A stretch of 64,000 nt of DNA from an uncultured Desulfatitalea sp. (GCA_963668675.2 CAXXMB010000002.1:96001-160000); one strand, 5' to 3'. Positions 1 through 14,058 are shown, counted from the first letter of the stretch. Numbers and translations: made by a program. Notes: generated by a model from the letters alone, not told the origin.

Positions 1-2004
1 CGGAATGGCGGGGGGGCCAAAGGCAAACACCTGGGCCTCTTTGATCGCCACGTAGAAAGCCCGGTTGAGATCTGCCACCACCTCCAGAGCCGTCTTCTCC
101 CTTTGGCTCCAGTCAACAAGACTCACGAAAATAAAGCCGCTGTTGGAAGCCATGCTGTTGGAGAGCAGGCTGAATCCGGTTGCTGTGGTGACATAGTCCA
201 CTTCGGGACGCTGCCGGATAATCTGCTCCACCCTCCTGGCGATCATGTCCGTCCTCTGTAGGGAGGCCGCATCCGGCAACTGCATATTAACCATGAAGTA
301 ACCCATATCCTCTTCGGGCAGGAACCCCCCCGGAAGAAATTTACCCACGGCGCCTGTGGCAACCACAACAATCGCGATAAAAAGTACCCCCCGCACCATT
401 TTGCGGGTGAAAATTTGGGTCCATTTCATATAAACATTCGTCGACCGATCGAACACCTTGTTAAAGAGGCCGAAGAAAAGCCCCAGGGGACCCCGGTATG
501 GTTTGGGCTTCTTGAGTAGCAGTGAACATAGCGCAGGGCTCAGGGTCAATGCGTTCATTGAAGAGAACAATACCGAGACGGCGATAGTGATGGCGAACTG
601 CTGGTAAAGCCGGCCGGTGATCCCCCCCATGACCGCTACAGGGATAAAAACGGCGACGAGGACCAACGTGGTTGCGATAACAGGAGCCGTCACCTCCTGC
701 ATGGCCTGGATGGTGGCCTCCTTGGTCCCCATGCCCTTTTCAATGTTCACCTGAGCGGCCTCGACAACGACGATGGCATCGTCGACCACGATACCGATAG
801 CCAGCACCAATCCAAGCAGAGAAAGCACGTTGACCGTAAATCCGAGCATCGGAAAAGCGATAAACGCCCCCATGAGAGAGACCGGAATGGCGATGGTGGG
901 GATCAGGGTGGCCCGCCAATCCTGAATGAAGACAAACACGACCAAAACAACAAGGGCAAGGGCGACAAACAGGGTCACCACGATCTCCTTGATGCCCGCT
1001 GAAATCGGCAGGGTCGCATCCAGGGAGATGTCGTATTTCATCCCAGTGGGAAAAGATGTGGCCAGCCCTGCCATGCTCTGCTTGACGCGCTCTGCCAGCT
1101 CCACGGCATTGGAGCCCGGCGCCTGGTATATGGCAATAATCGAACAGGGACTGTCGTTCAACCGGGTAAACGCATTGTATGTCTCCACGCCCAACTCTAC
1201 GCGGGCGATATGCTTCACCTTGACCTGTGCCCCTTCCGGGCTGGTGCGCACCACGATCTCACCAAACTCCTTTTCCGACTGAAGCCGATCGGGCAGACGA
1301 ACCGTATAGGTGAAATCCGTGCCGGGCGGAGCCGGTTCGGCACCAAATTTCCCCCCCGGGACGATCACATTCTGGGCCCGGATGGCCGTCATAATCTCGG
1401 GGATGGTAATGCCGAGTTGCGCCAGGCGATCCGGCTTGATCCAGATACGCATGGAGTAGTCGCTGGCGCCCAGAACGTTCACATCACCGATCCCTTTGAT
1501 GCGGGAGAGAACATCTTTGATATTGATGAGAGCGTAATTGCCCAGAAAGTTCTGGTCGTAGCGATTGCCCTCCGAGGTCAATGTTACCAGCATCAGAATA
1601 TTGGGCAGCGTTTTTTTCGTCGTGACCCCCAGCCGCTTGACCTCCTCGGGCAGTTTGGCGGTGGCCGCGCTGACCCTGTTCTGGGTGAACACCGTGTTCA
1701 TATCCGGATCGGTGCCGATATCGAACGAGACCTGAATGTTCATGGTGCCGTCGTTGGCATTGGTGGACTTCATGTAGATCATGTTGTCCACGCCATTGAT
1801 CTGCTGTTCGAGCGGTGTCGCCACCGACTGCTCGACATTCAGTGCATTGGCACCGGTGTATCTTGCGCTCACCTGGACAATGGAAGGTGTGATGTTGGGA
1901 TACTGCTCAATGGGCAAGCCGAGCAGGAAAACCGTACCGACAATGACGGTGACGATGGCGATAACGATGGCCACAATGGGCCGTCTGACAAAAAAGGATC
2001 CCAT
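1..2004 (-). CDS. RND efflux permease, AcrB/HAE1 family; 3' part runs off the window start
   Basis: Manual translation from the ATG at 2004 gives MGSFFVRRPIVAIVIAIVTVIVGTVFLLGLPIEQYPNITPSIVQVSARYTGANA. The TM4 motif LAIGIVVDDAIVVVE lies near 760-805. It starts 6 bp after the MFP gene. Not in the ORF track because the stop is outside the window. Confidence 0.95.
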   Translation of the reverse strand, partial: MGSFFVRRPIVAIVIAIVTVIVGTVFLLGLPIEQYPNITPSIVQVSARYTGANALNVEQSVATPLEQQINGVDNMIYMKSTNANDGTMNIQVSFDIGTDPDMNTVFTQNRVSAATAKLPEEVKRLGVTTKKTLPNILMLVTLTSEGNRYDQNFLGNYALINIKDVLSRIKGIGDVNVLGASDYSMRIWIKPDRLAQLGITIPEIMTAIRAQNVIVPGGKFGAEPAPPGTDFTYTVRLPDRLQSEKEFGEIVVRTSPEGAQVKVKHIARVELGVETYNAFTRLNDSPCSIIAIYQAPGSNAVELAERVKQSMAGLATSFPTGMKYDISLDATLPISAGIKEIVVTLFVALALVVLVVFVFIQDWRATLIPTIAIPVSLMGAFIAFPMLGFTVNVLSLLGLVLAIGIVVDDAIVVVEAAQVNIEKGMGTKEATIQAMQEVTAPVIATTLVLVAVFIPVAVMGGITGRLYQQFAITIAVSVLFSSMNALTLSPALCSLLLKKPKPYRGPLGLFFGLFNKVFDRSTNVYMKWTQIFTRKMVRGVLFIAIVVVATGAVGKFLPGGFLPEEDMGYFMVNMQLPDAASLQRTDMIARRVEQIIRQRPEVDYVTTATGFSLLSNSMASNSGFIFVSLVDWSQREKTALEVVADLNRAFYVAIKEAQVFAFGPPAIP

Positions 2005-2010
2005 GGCGGC

Positions 2011-3177
2011 CTATTTCTCTTTGCTGGAAGCTGGTGTGATGCTCTGCACGACCGGTTTGACGACCATGCCGTCGCGCACCTTCTGCAGTCCTTCATAGAC
2101 CAAGCGTTCCCCGGGCTTGAGCCCCTCTCGAATCAGCCAATGGCTTCCCATCGTTGGCCCGACCGTCACCTCGCGCTCCTCGATCTTATCCCCGCCACCG
2201 ACGACGTACACGCGGTAAAGCCCCTGCAGTTCCATGATACAGCGTTGGGGGACTAAAATTCCGTCCTTGACTGTTTCAAGAATGGTTCTGATCTTGGCAA
2301 ACTGACCGGGTCGAAGCAATTTTTTCGGATTGGGAAAGGACGCCTGGACCAGTATGGCACCGGTCGTAGGATCGATTTCACGATCGACGAATTTAAATTT
2401 TCCCGGCTCTGGAAAAGCAGATCCATCGGCGAGAATAAGATCAAGTGGCGGTGCCGTTTGTTTTTGATTCTCATTTGCCTCCTGACTCTCCATTGAGATG
2501 GCATATCTCCGGGCAAGTTCTAAATACTGGTTCTCGGTCAGGAAAAACTCGACATGGATCGGATCGGTATTCGAGACCACATTCAAGATGACCGGATTGG
2601 GATCGCGGCCAACGAAGTCTCCCACCTTGGCCTTGGTCTTGCCGATGATGCCGTTGATGGGAGAATGAATCCTGGTATAGCTCAACTTGATTTTCGATGC
2701 CCTCAACCGCGCCTGCGCAGCCTCCACTGACGCCTTGGACGCTTCATACTGAGCCACAGCAGCGTCCAGCTCGCTCTGACTGACCGCCCTTCGCCTGGCC
2801 AGAGGGCGTATTCGATTCAGATCGCTCGTCGTTTTGGCCAGCATGGTTTTGGCTTCGGCCACCTTGCTCATCATGGCCGCCACATCGGCTTCATAGGGCT
2901 GGCTCTCAATGACATAGAGCAGATCCCCCTCCTTGACCGACGATCCCTCCTCGAAGTGGATCGCTTCAAGGAATCCTTCCACCCGTGCACGAATGGCAAT
3001 GTCTTTGGAACCGTACACTTGCCCCACAAACTCGATGGGCAGGCGCACCTCCTCGGCCTGGGTTGCAAAAACGGGGATCTCCGGCGGAGGCATCTCCTTG
3101 ACGGCCTCTTGTTTTTGCTGACAGCCAAACATCACCAGGAGTGAAAAAACGACAACACACAACTTGAATGGTTTCAT
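2011..3177 (-). CDS. RND periplasmic adaptor (MFP), AcrA-like lipoprotein
   Basis: IRARVEGFL, coiled-coil hairpin, YTRIHSPINGIIG and LLRPGQF motifs. Lipoprotein-like signal MKPFKLCVVVFSLLVMFGC begins at ATG 3177, so the ORF-track start at 3306 is over-extended. Confidence 0.93.
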   Translation of the reverse strand: MKPFKLCVVVFSLLVMFGCQQKQEAVKEMPPPEIPVFATQAEEVRLPIEFVGQVYGSKDIAIRARVEGFLEAIHFEEGSSVKEGDLLYVIESQPYEADVAAMMSKVAEAKTMLAKTTSDLNRIRPLARRRAVSQSELDAAVAQYEASKASVEAAQARLRASKIKLSYTRIHSPINGIIGKTKAKVGDFVGRDPNPVILNVVSNTDPIHVEFFLTENQYLELARRYAISMESQEANENQKQTAPPLDLILADGSAFPEPGKFKFVDREIDPTTGAILVQASFPNPKKLLRPGQFAKIRTILETVKDGILVPQRCIMELQGLYRVYVVGGGDKIEEREVTVGPTMGSHWLIREGLKPGERLVYEGLQKVRDGMVVKPVVQSITPASSKEK

Positions 3178-3215
3178 ATCAGAATTCTTGCTATTGGGGG
3201 TTGATTGCCGCAACG

Positions 3216-3251
3216 AAAAACAGCACTTCTGAATATTTCCGTGGAAGTGCT
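3216..3251 (-). terminator. Possible intrinsic terminator downstream of the metal ATPase
   Basis: 8-bp inverted repeat AGCACTTC/GAAGTGCT (3222-3229, 3244-3251), followed on the minus strand by GTTTTT. Confidence 0.45.
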
Positions 3252-3365
3252 CTCTATCCTGATTCGGTTCCTGGAACAATAGTGTACGCTGAGCGAATGG
3301 ATCCAAACATGGGGCTGGTATGGATTTAGACGAAAGAATATCTCATACGGCCACGGTTGGCAAGG

Positions 3366-5501
3366 CTACAATCGTTCTCTTCTTCCCACAATCCTGGCGG
3401 AGTTGGCCACCGCCAACAGTGCGGTGCCCATGTCGGCAAAAACCGCCTCCCACATCGTGGCCATACCGATTGCGCCAAAAGCGAGAAAAATCCCCTTAAT
3501 CGCAAATGCAAAAACGATATTTTGCCACACGATACGTCGTGTCAATTTGGCAATGGCGACCGCTTCAGCCATCTTGAGCGGCGAATCGGTCATCAAAACC
3601 ACATCGGCCGCCTCCACAGCAGCATCGCTGCCCATGCCCCCCATGGCCACCCCCACATCTGCCCTGGCGATTACCGGCGCATCGTTGATCCCGTCACCAA
3701 CAAAGGCAATCTTGCCATCGGTACCGAGTGAGCGATGGAGCCGTTCCAGCCAGGCCACCTTCTCCTCTGGGAAAAGCCCGGCATGGTAGCTGTCGAGCTT
3801 CAGTTGCGTTGCAACCGCCTGGGCCACGCATTGATTGTCTCCGGTGAGCATGGCCACATGCTCAATACCGCTCTCTTTCAACTCTTTCACCGCATCTGCG
3901 GCATCCGGCTTCACCTCATCGCCAATGATGATATAGCCGGCATAGATGCCGTCTACGGCGACGTGAGCCGTCGTATCGGCAAATTCACATCGAAGGTGCG
4001 CGATGTCATGATAGTGCAGAAACGTATCGTTGCCGACAAGGACGCTTCTCCCCCGGTAACGTGCGACAACACCTTTACCGGGCGACTCGTTGTGGTCTGA
4101 GACCTCAAGCGCTTCGATTCGCCCACCGACACTGCGGTAAGCGGCAAGAATCGACAGGGCGATGGGATGGTTGGAGTGGCATTCGGCGGCGGCAGCGAAC
4201 TCAAGCAGCTGCGAGCGGGAGAAGCCATTCAGGGGTGCGACCTCCCTCACCTTGAACTCGCCACGGGTCAACGTGCCGGTCTTATCGAATACCACAGTCT
4301 TGACCTTGGCCAATGCATCCAGAAAATTTGCCCCTTTCACCAGGATACCGCGACGCGAGGCCCGCCCGATCCCTCCGAAATAGCCCAGCGGTATACTGAC
4401 GACCAGGGCGCATGGGCACGATATCACCAAAATGACCAGCGCACGGTAGATCCAGGTTTCAAAAGATGCCCCTGCAACCAACGGCGGTATCACCGCTATG
4501 GCTGCCGATAATACCACCACAGCCGGCGTGTAATAGCGGGCAAAGGTGGTGATGAACCGCTCGGTTTTCGCTTTGCGGGCGGTGGCATCCTCGACCAGGG
4601 CCATGACTTTTGCAATCGATGACTGGCCAAAGGGCCGGGTCACCTGCAGCGTCAACGTACCGGTCATACAGATCTGGCCGGCCAATACACCGTCTCCAGG
4701 AGCGACCGACACGGGTACGGCCTCTCCGGTCAGGGCGGAGGTGTCGATCTGGGATCGGCCCTCCGTCACCTCTCCGTCCAGCGGTATTTTCTCACCCGGC
4801 CTGACCACTATCGTTGCGCCGACCTCCACCGCCTCGGGAGCAACCTCACGAAGGCCCATCTCCGTCAGCAGGAGGGCGCGATCGGGGCTGGCGGCCAGCA
4901 AGGCATGGATCGAACGTCGAGACCGGGCGACCGCTCTGGCCTGGAGCATCTCCCCAACTTTATAGAACAGCATGACGCCAATGGCTTCTGCGTAGGCGGC
5001 AATGGCGATCGCCCCTCCGGTGGCAATCACCATCAGCACATTTTCATCGAAGAGAGCGCCTCTTTTAATCGTTCTAAACGCAGCGGCAATGACATTCCAG
5101 CCCACCAGCAGATAGGCCACCATGACAATCGCCAACACCACGGCAAAATTGAACCGACTTTGCAACCATGTCTCAAAAAAGAGGAGTCCCGCAAAAATCA
5201 GCACGGCCGTTACCAGATTGAACAGTTCTCTCCCTACAGGGAAACCCGTTATCTCAAAATCGGATGCGTCTGCCGCCGTGCGAGGGATATAGGGAACCAA
5301 TTCAGCATCCGGCTCAATGCTGTGGACATATGCCATGAGCCTGCTTGAATCTTTCATCTTCACATGAAGCATCTGGTTGGCAAAATCCAGGGAGGCATAC
5401 GCGACGCCATCCAGCTGTTTCAATCCTGCCTCTATTTTTACGGCACAGTTCACGCAATCGATATTTCTGATTTTAAATTTTTCAGTGGTAGCGTCTTCCA
5501 T
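3366..5501 (-). CDS. P1B-type heavy-metal (Zn/Cd/Pb) translocating ATPase, CadA/ZntA family
   Basis: N-terminal HMA motif IDCVNC, TGE, intramembrane SCPC, DKTGT phosphorylation site, HP motif and GDGIND. Confidence 0.96.
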   Translation of the reverse strand: MEDATTEKFKIRNIDCVNCAVKIEAGLKQLDGVAYASLDFANQMLHVKMKDSSRLMAYVHSIEPDAELVPYIPRTAADASDFEITGFPVGRELFNLVTAVLIFAGLLFFETWLQSRFNFAVVLAIVMVAYLLVGWNVIAAAFRTIKRGALFDENVLMVIATGGAIAIAAYAEAIGVMLFYKVGEMLQARAVARSRRSIHALLAASPDRALLLTEMGLREVAPEAVEVGATIVVRPGEKIPLDGEVTEGRSQIDTSALTGEAVPVSVAPGDGVLAGQICMTGTLTLQVTRPFGQSSIAKVMALVEDATARKAKTERFITTFARYYTPAVVVLSAAIAVIPPLVAGASFETWIYRALVILVISCPCALVVSIPLGYFGGIGRASRRGILVKGANFLDALAKVKTVVFDKTGTLTRGEFKVREVAPLNGFSRSQLLEFAAAAECHSNHPIALSILAAYRSVGGRIEALEVSDHNESPGKGVVARYRGRSVLVGNDTFLHYHDIAHLRCEFADTTAHVAVDGIYAGYIIIGDEVKPDAADAVKELKESGIEHVAMLTGDNQCVAQAVATQLKLDSYHAGLFPEEKVAWLERLHRSLGTDGKIAFVGDGINDAPVIARADVGVAMGGMGSDAAVEAADVVLMTDSPLKMAEAVAIAKLTRRIVWQNIVFAFAIKGIFLAFGAIGMATMWEAVFADMGTALLAVANSARIVGRRERL

Positions 5502-5549
5502 TGTAGTTGAACCTCACCAATTGCATCTTGCCGATTGGATTTGAATAGA

Positions 5550-5924
5550 TCACTGCTCGTTCACATGCACCATTCCCAAATCCAATAACTGACGGATGTG
5601 CTCATCATCCAAGGCGTAGTAGACCACCTTGCCCTCTCTGCGTGACCTTACAACTCGGCTCTGTTTCAGATTCCTGAGCTGGTGGGAGACAGCCGACTGC
5701 TTCATGTTCAAGAGGGCGCAAAGATCGCACACGCACATCTCGGATTCGCTGAGCGCCCAGAGGATGCCGATACGCGTCCCGTCTCCGAACAGCTTGAAGA
5801 GATAAGCCAGCTCGTTGAGCTTATCCGAATCGGGAAGTCGCTTTCTCACATCCTCTACGACATCGACATGAATTCCCTTGACCTCACAAAGTTCAGTCAC
5901 AGGGGCATTGTTCGTTGCCAGCAT
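5550..5924 (-). CDS. ArsR/SmtB family metal-sensing repressor (SmtB/ZiaR-like)
   Basis: HTH with CVCDLC and SAVSHQLRNL. C-terminal alpha5 site DxH-x10-H-x2-E (DEHIRQLLDLGMVHVNE). Lies directly upstream of the ATPase. Confidence 0.95.
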   Translation of the reverse strand: MLATNNAPVTELCEVKGIHVDVVEDVRKRLPDSDKLNELAYLFKLFGDGTRIGILWALSESEMCVCDLCALLNMKQSAVSHQLRNLKQSRVVRSRREGKVVYYALDDEHIRQLLDLGMVHVNEQ

Positions 5925-5958
5925 AGATTCACCCCTCCTTAGAAAATCTTATTATGAT

Positions 5959-5980
5959 CATATGAACAATTATTCATATG
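5959..5980. promoter_or_regulatory. SmtB/CadC-type operator
   Basis: CATATGAA-caatta-TTCATATG is a perfect 8-6-8 inverted repeat with the TGAACA-xx-TATTCA core typical of SmtB-family operators, 35 bp upstream of the repressor ATG. Confidence 0.85.
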
Positions 5981-6024
5981 TAAAGCGTAAAGAAAGGTCA
6001 ACGAAAATATGGACGTGAACTTAT

Positions 6025-6157
6025 AATGCATTCGTGAAAAGTCGTTCACACGTCATGCCGGACTTGATCCGGCATCCAGAAGTTCTTGAAAAGACAGGCT
6101 TCCGACTTTCGTCGGAATGACGGAGTCACTACTTTCGGAACTTTTTACGAATGCATC
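6025..6157. mobile_element. MITE-like element (133 bp) with terminal inverted repeats and 7-bp target-site duplication
   Basis: TIRs AATGCATTCGTGAAAAGT / ACTTTTTACGAATGCATC match 16/18. Flanked by direct repeat AACTTAT at 6018-6024 and 6158-6164. Internal hairpins ATGCCGGA-cttga-TCCGGCAT and TTCCGAC-tttc-GTCGGAA. Confidence 0.75.
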
Positions 6158-6230
6158 AACTTATGAGCAGGGAAAGAGAGCAAATCGGACATGGTGGGGA
6201 TAAAACAAAAGGGATTTCCCTGAATATTAT

Positions 6231-6647
6231 CTACTCGCCTATGATTTTCACAAGCACCCGTTTGCGTCGTCTGCCGTCGAACTCACCGTAGAAAATCTGC
6301 TCCCATGTACCAAAATCTAGCTTCCCGTCGGTGATGGCCACGACGACCTCACGCCCCATGATCTGGCGTTTCATGTGGGCATCCGCATTATCTTCCCCCA
6401 CATTGTGCTGATACTGCGAAACCGGCGCATGGGGAGCAAGGTTCTCCAACCACTGCTCGTAGTCGTTGTGCAGCCCGCTCTCGTCGTCATTGATAAAAAC
6501 ACTGGCCGTGATGTGCATGGCGTTGACCAAAATAAGGCCTTCTTTGATCTCACTCTCCCGCAGGCACTCTTCCACCCGGGGTGTTATATTGATAAAAGCC
6601 CTTCGTGTGGGCACTTCAAACCAGAGCTCTTGACGATAGCTTCTCAT
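6231..6647 (-). CDS. yjbQ: YjbQ family protein (UPF0047, secondary thiamine-phosphate synthase)
   Basis: [20 protein letters not shown] and [13 protein letters not shown] motifs; AGGAGG RBS. Confidence 0.92.
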   Translation of the reverse strand: MRSYRQELWFEVPTRRAFINITPRVEECLRESEIKEGLILVNAMHITASVFINDDESGLHNDYEQWLENLAPHAPVSQYQHNVGEDNADAHMKRQIMGREVVVAITDGKLDFGTWEQIFYGEFDGRRRKRVLVKIIGE

Positions 6648-6685
6648 ATCATTGACCTCCTGAACGGCTTCCCTGACGTTAGGGT

Positions 6686-8032
6686 TTACTTCATCGCTTT
6701 AATCAATTGATTGGCCCCCACCAGCAGCGGATCCCAAGTCGGGCCGAAGGGTGGCGCATAGGCCAGATCCGTCTCGCTGAACTGATCGACCGTCATACCG
6801 GTGTGCAGCGCCACAGCTGGTGCATTGATCCGGTGTGCAGCGCCTTCCTTACCGACCATCTGGGCGCCCAGCAATCGACCCGAGCGCCGGTCGCCCACCA
6901 TGTGAACCTGGATGGGTGAAGCGCCCGGCATGGAATGCGCTCTGGACGAAGCCTTGATGGTGACGGTGGCAGGGTCGAATCCGGCGCTGGCGGCCTCTTC
7001 CTTGCTCAGCCCGGTACGCGCCACCTCCAGATCGAACACCTTGAACACCGATGTGCCGGCTACCCCCTGGAGCGACACCGGGCGACCGCACAGATGGTCC
7101 GCCACGGCCCATCCGGATCGATTGGCCCGGAGCGCCAGTGGGATCCATACCCGCTCTCCAGTGACGACATGAAAGGCGTCCGCACAATCGCCCGCCGCAT
7201 AAATCCGGCTGTCGGAAGTGAGCATCTGCCGATCCACGGCAATGGATTCGGACGGCCCCAGTTTCAGGCCTGCCGATTCGGCCAGCTCGCTGTTGGAAGC
7301 AACCCCGATGGCCACAACGACGAGGTCGGCTTCAATCGCCTCGCCGGACGGTTCCCAAGCCACCAGACCATCACCACGGCTCTCGATGTGATCGATAGAA
7401 AAACCGGTATGGATTTTCACCTGGTTCGTTTCCAGCTCCTGCCGCACCCGTTCGACGAGATCTTCGGCCAACCAGGGAAGCAGTCGGGGACGCGGCTTGG
7501 CCATCGCCACCTGGACGCCCCTGAGTCGCAACGCCTCGGCCATCTCCATGGCAATGTACCCCATCCCCAGTATCAGCGCCTTTTTAACCGGATGGGAGGC
7601 GATTCTCTCTTTGATCGCCCTGGCGTCGTCCAGGGTCTTCACCACCACCACACCGGGCAGATCGAAACCAGGCCGTTCAGGTACGATCGGATCCGCTCCG
7701 GTTGCGATGAGCAGACGGTCGAACGGTAGCGTAAACGCCTCGCCATCCAAAGTGCTGCCACTCACACACTGCTCACCGATATCGATACGCTCGGCCCGAT
7801 GTCCTGTACGCACATCGATGCCCGCTTTTTGACGAAACACATCCGCTTTTCTAACCACCAGGTCGTCGATCTCCCGCCGGGGATCGGAAATATTGTAGGG
7901 AATCCCTCAGGCGCTGTAGGAGACCGTTCGGCTCCTCTCCAGCACCGTCACTTCCAACGAGGCATCCTGGCGTTTGGCCCGACTGGCCGCACTCATGCCG
8001 GCGGCGTCACCGCCAATAACGACGAATTTCAT
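6686..8032 (-). CDS. FAD-dependent CoA-disulfide reductase / NADH oxidase-peroxidase family protein; probable selenoprotein (Sec42), 448 aa
   Basis: From ATG 8032 (RBS GGGGAG): [41 protein letters not shown][TGA][24 protein letters not shown], continuing in frame into ORF 6686..7858. The TGA at 7907-7909 occupies the redox Cys of the SYxxCGxPY motif. Also [14 protein letters not shown] and LAYAPPF. Confidence 0.9.
7867..7886 (-). promoter_or_regulatory. Putative bacterial SECIS hairpin
   Basis: Minus-strand CGATC-CCC-GGC-GGG-A-GATCG stem-loop; the G-containing apical loop begins about 28 nt 3' of the UGA. Confidence 0.6.
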
Positions 8033-8119
8033 TCGCTCCCCCTATCAGCGTATTGCATTGCTTTTAGATCCATGATTTGGTGCACGGTTCAGATGCAAAG
8101 AATTAACGCAGGTTACAGC

Positions 8120-12091
<3,972 letters not shown>

Positions 12092-12312
12092 ACGCTATCC
12101 TCCTTTGCTGCCCGCCTGCATGTCGATCCCGCATTATCCAGGACCCCTCTCTATTCCGACGAGGCAACCAGATATTGAAATATGATCGACGATGGTGTAA
12201 CCTTCCTGAGTTCCACCATGACAAACAGCGTTTCATCTCAGAGGCATATCTTCAATGCCGCTGAGAGTATCGACAGAGGTTCTAAACGGTCTGCACGATC
12301 GGCAATCAGAGC

Positions 12313-12328
12313 CGGCGCACACCATGCA
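12313..12328 (+). promoter_or_regulatory. Possible sigma54 (-24/-12) promoter
   Basis: CGGCGCACACCATGCA has GG-N10-GC spacing about 70 bp upstream of the ligase; only a partial match to TGGCAC-N5-TTGC. Confidence 0.3.
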
Positions 12329-12399
12329 AAAAGGCCAGCTTTTGAGGTGATGTTCATACAACAGCCCTATTTTCAACATCCAACGATTCAGGGGGAAAC

Positions 12400-14058
12400 A
12401 TGGCAGTAGCGACTAAAATCATCCAACCGACGCCGTCCGCTTACAATTACCAATTGCTGATCAAGCACCTTTTGACGACACCGCTCATCTATTCGCCGGA
12501 TCAGGAGATCGTCTATCGCGACATCAAACGCTACACCTATGCCGAATTCGGCAAGCGTGTGTCACGTCTGGCCAATGCATTGACCCGCATCGGCGTGAAA
12601 CCCGGTGATACCGTAGCGGTAATGGACTGGGACAGCCATCGCTACCTGGAGTGCTTTTTCGGTGTCCCCATGCTGGGCGCCGTGCTGCACACCATCAACA
12701 TCCGGTTGACACCCGAACAACTCATCTACACGATCAACCATGCCGAAGACGACATCATTCTGGTCAACAAGGAATTCCTGCCCATGCTCGAAGCGGTCAA
12801 AGACCGGTTCGAGACCGTAAAAAAGATTGTCCTGCTCTCCGACGACGGCCCCACAGTCGAAACGAGCCTTAACATCGACGGCGAATACGAAACCCTGCTG
12901 ACCGAAAGTGATGAGAGCTACGACTTCCCCGATTTTGACGAAAACAGCATCGCCACGACCTTTTACACCACCGGTACCACCGGACTGCCCAAAGGGGTCT
13001 ATTTCAGCCATCGCCAGCTCGTGCTGCACACCTACGGCATCCTGTCGACCTATTGTGCCTATAAAAGTCAGGCCAATCTGAACTCGACCGACGTTTACAT
13101 GCCCATTACCCCCATGTTTCATGTGCATGCATGGGGCGTGCCCTATATGGTCACCCTGATGGGCAACAAGCAGGTCTACCCCGGCCGTTACGAGCCGGAC
13201 CTGCTGCTCGAACTGCACGCCAAGGAGAAGGTCACCTTCTCCCATTGCGTACCGACCATCTTGCACATGCTCCTCACCTCACCAGCGGTAAAGGATGTGG
13301 ATTTGAGGGGCTGGAAGGTGATCATCGGCGGTTCGGCCCTGCCAAGAGGATTGGCCAAGGCGGCCATGGAACTTGGCATCAATGTCTATGCCGGATACGG
13401 CATGTCCGAAACCTGCCCCGTGCTCACCGTGGCCAATCTAAAGCCCAAGATGCTGAGCTGGGACATGGAGAAGCAAATCAATGTCCGGGTCCGCACCGGT
13501 CTGCCGGCTCCCGGCACATATGTAGAGATCTTCGATCCCAACGGTGATCCACTGCCCCACGACGGCGTCAGCACCGGAGAGGTGGTGGTGCGCACGCCCT
13601 GGCTGACCCAGGGCTACCTCAAAGACCCGGAGAAGAGTGAGCAGTTGTGGGAGAACGGCTGGCTGCACACCGGCGACATCGGTTACTTCGACGAAGAGGG
13701 ATATCTGCAGGTGACCGACCGCCTCAAGGACGTGATCAAGACCGGTGGCGAGTGGGTCTCCTCCCTGGAACTGGAAGACATCATCAGCCAGCACCCGGCG
13801 GTCAGCGAAGCTGCGGTGATTGGCGTCCCCGACGAGAAGTGGGGGGAGAGCCCCATGGCTCTGGTGGTTCCCAAGCCCGAGTTCGAAGACAAGGTCACAG
13901 AGGAGGAGTTGAAAGAACACTATAAGCGGTTCGTGGATGAGGGTGTCATCCCCAAGTACGGCATCCCCAAGCGCATCCTCATCGTCGACGCCATCGCTAA
14001 AACCAGCGTGGGCAAGCTCAATAAAAAGGAGTTGCGCAAGCAGTTCGGCCAGAGATAG
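12400..14058 (+). CDS. AMP-forming fatty acid--CoA ligase
   Basis: YTTGTTGLPKG, GYGMSET, WLHTGD, DRLKDVIKTGGEW and KTSVGK motifs. Confidence 0.93.
   Translation: MAVATKIIQPTPSAYNYQLLIKHLLTTPLIYSPDQEIVYRDIKRYTYAEFGKRVSRLANALTRIGVKPGDTVAVMDWDSHRYLECFFGVPMLGAVLHTINIRLTPEQLIYTINHAEDDIILVNKEFLPMLEAVKDRFETVKKIVLLSDDGPTVETSLNIDGEYETLLTESDESYDFPDFDENSIATTFYTTGTTGLPKGVYFSHRQLVLHTYGILSTYCAYKSQANLNSTDVYMPITPMFHVHAWGVPYMVTLMGNKQVYPGRYEPDLLLELHAKEKVTFSHCVPTILHMLLTSPAVKDVDLRGWKVIIGGSALPRGLAKAAMELGINVYAGYGMSETCPVLTVANLKPKMLSWDMEKQINVRVRTGLPAPGTYVEIFDPNGDPLPHDGVSTGEVVVRTPWLTQGYLKDPEKSEQLWENGWLHTGDIGYFDEEGYLQVTDRLKDVIKTGGEWVSSLELEDIISQHPAVSEAAVIGVPDEKWGESPMALVVPKPEFEDKVTEEELKEHYKRFVDEGVIPKYGIPKRILIVDAIAKTSVGKLNKKELRKQFGQR

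Noticed and set aside
1210..2256. 348-aa plus-strand ORF
   Set aside because: Antisense shadow of the AcrB/MFP genes; no recognisable motifs.
7907..7909. Reading the in-frame TGA as a nonsense mutation (pseudogene)
   Set aside because: It falls exactly on the catalytic Cys column, the rest of the gene is intact and a SECIS-like hairpin follows. Sec is more parsimonious, though unproven.
7799..8092. N-terminal extension of HrpA in the ORF track
   Set aside because: It overlaps the true 5' end of the divergent Sec-containing oxidoreductase; HrpA-like sequence starts at about 8093-8120.
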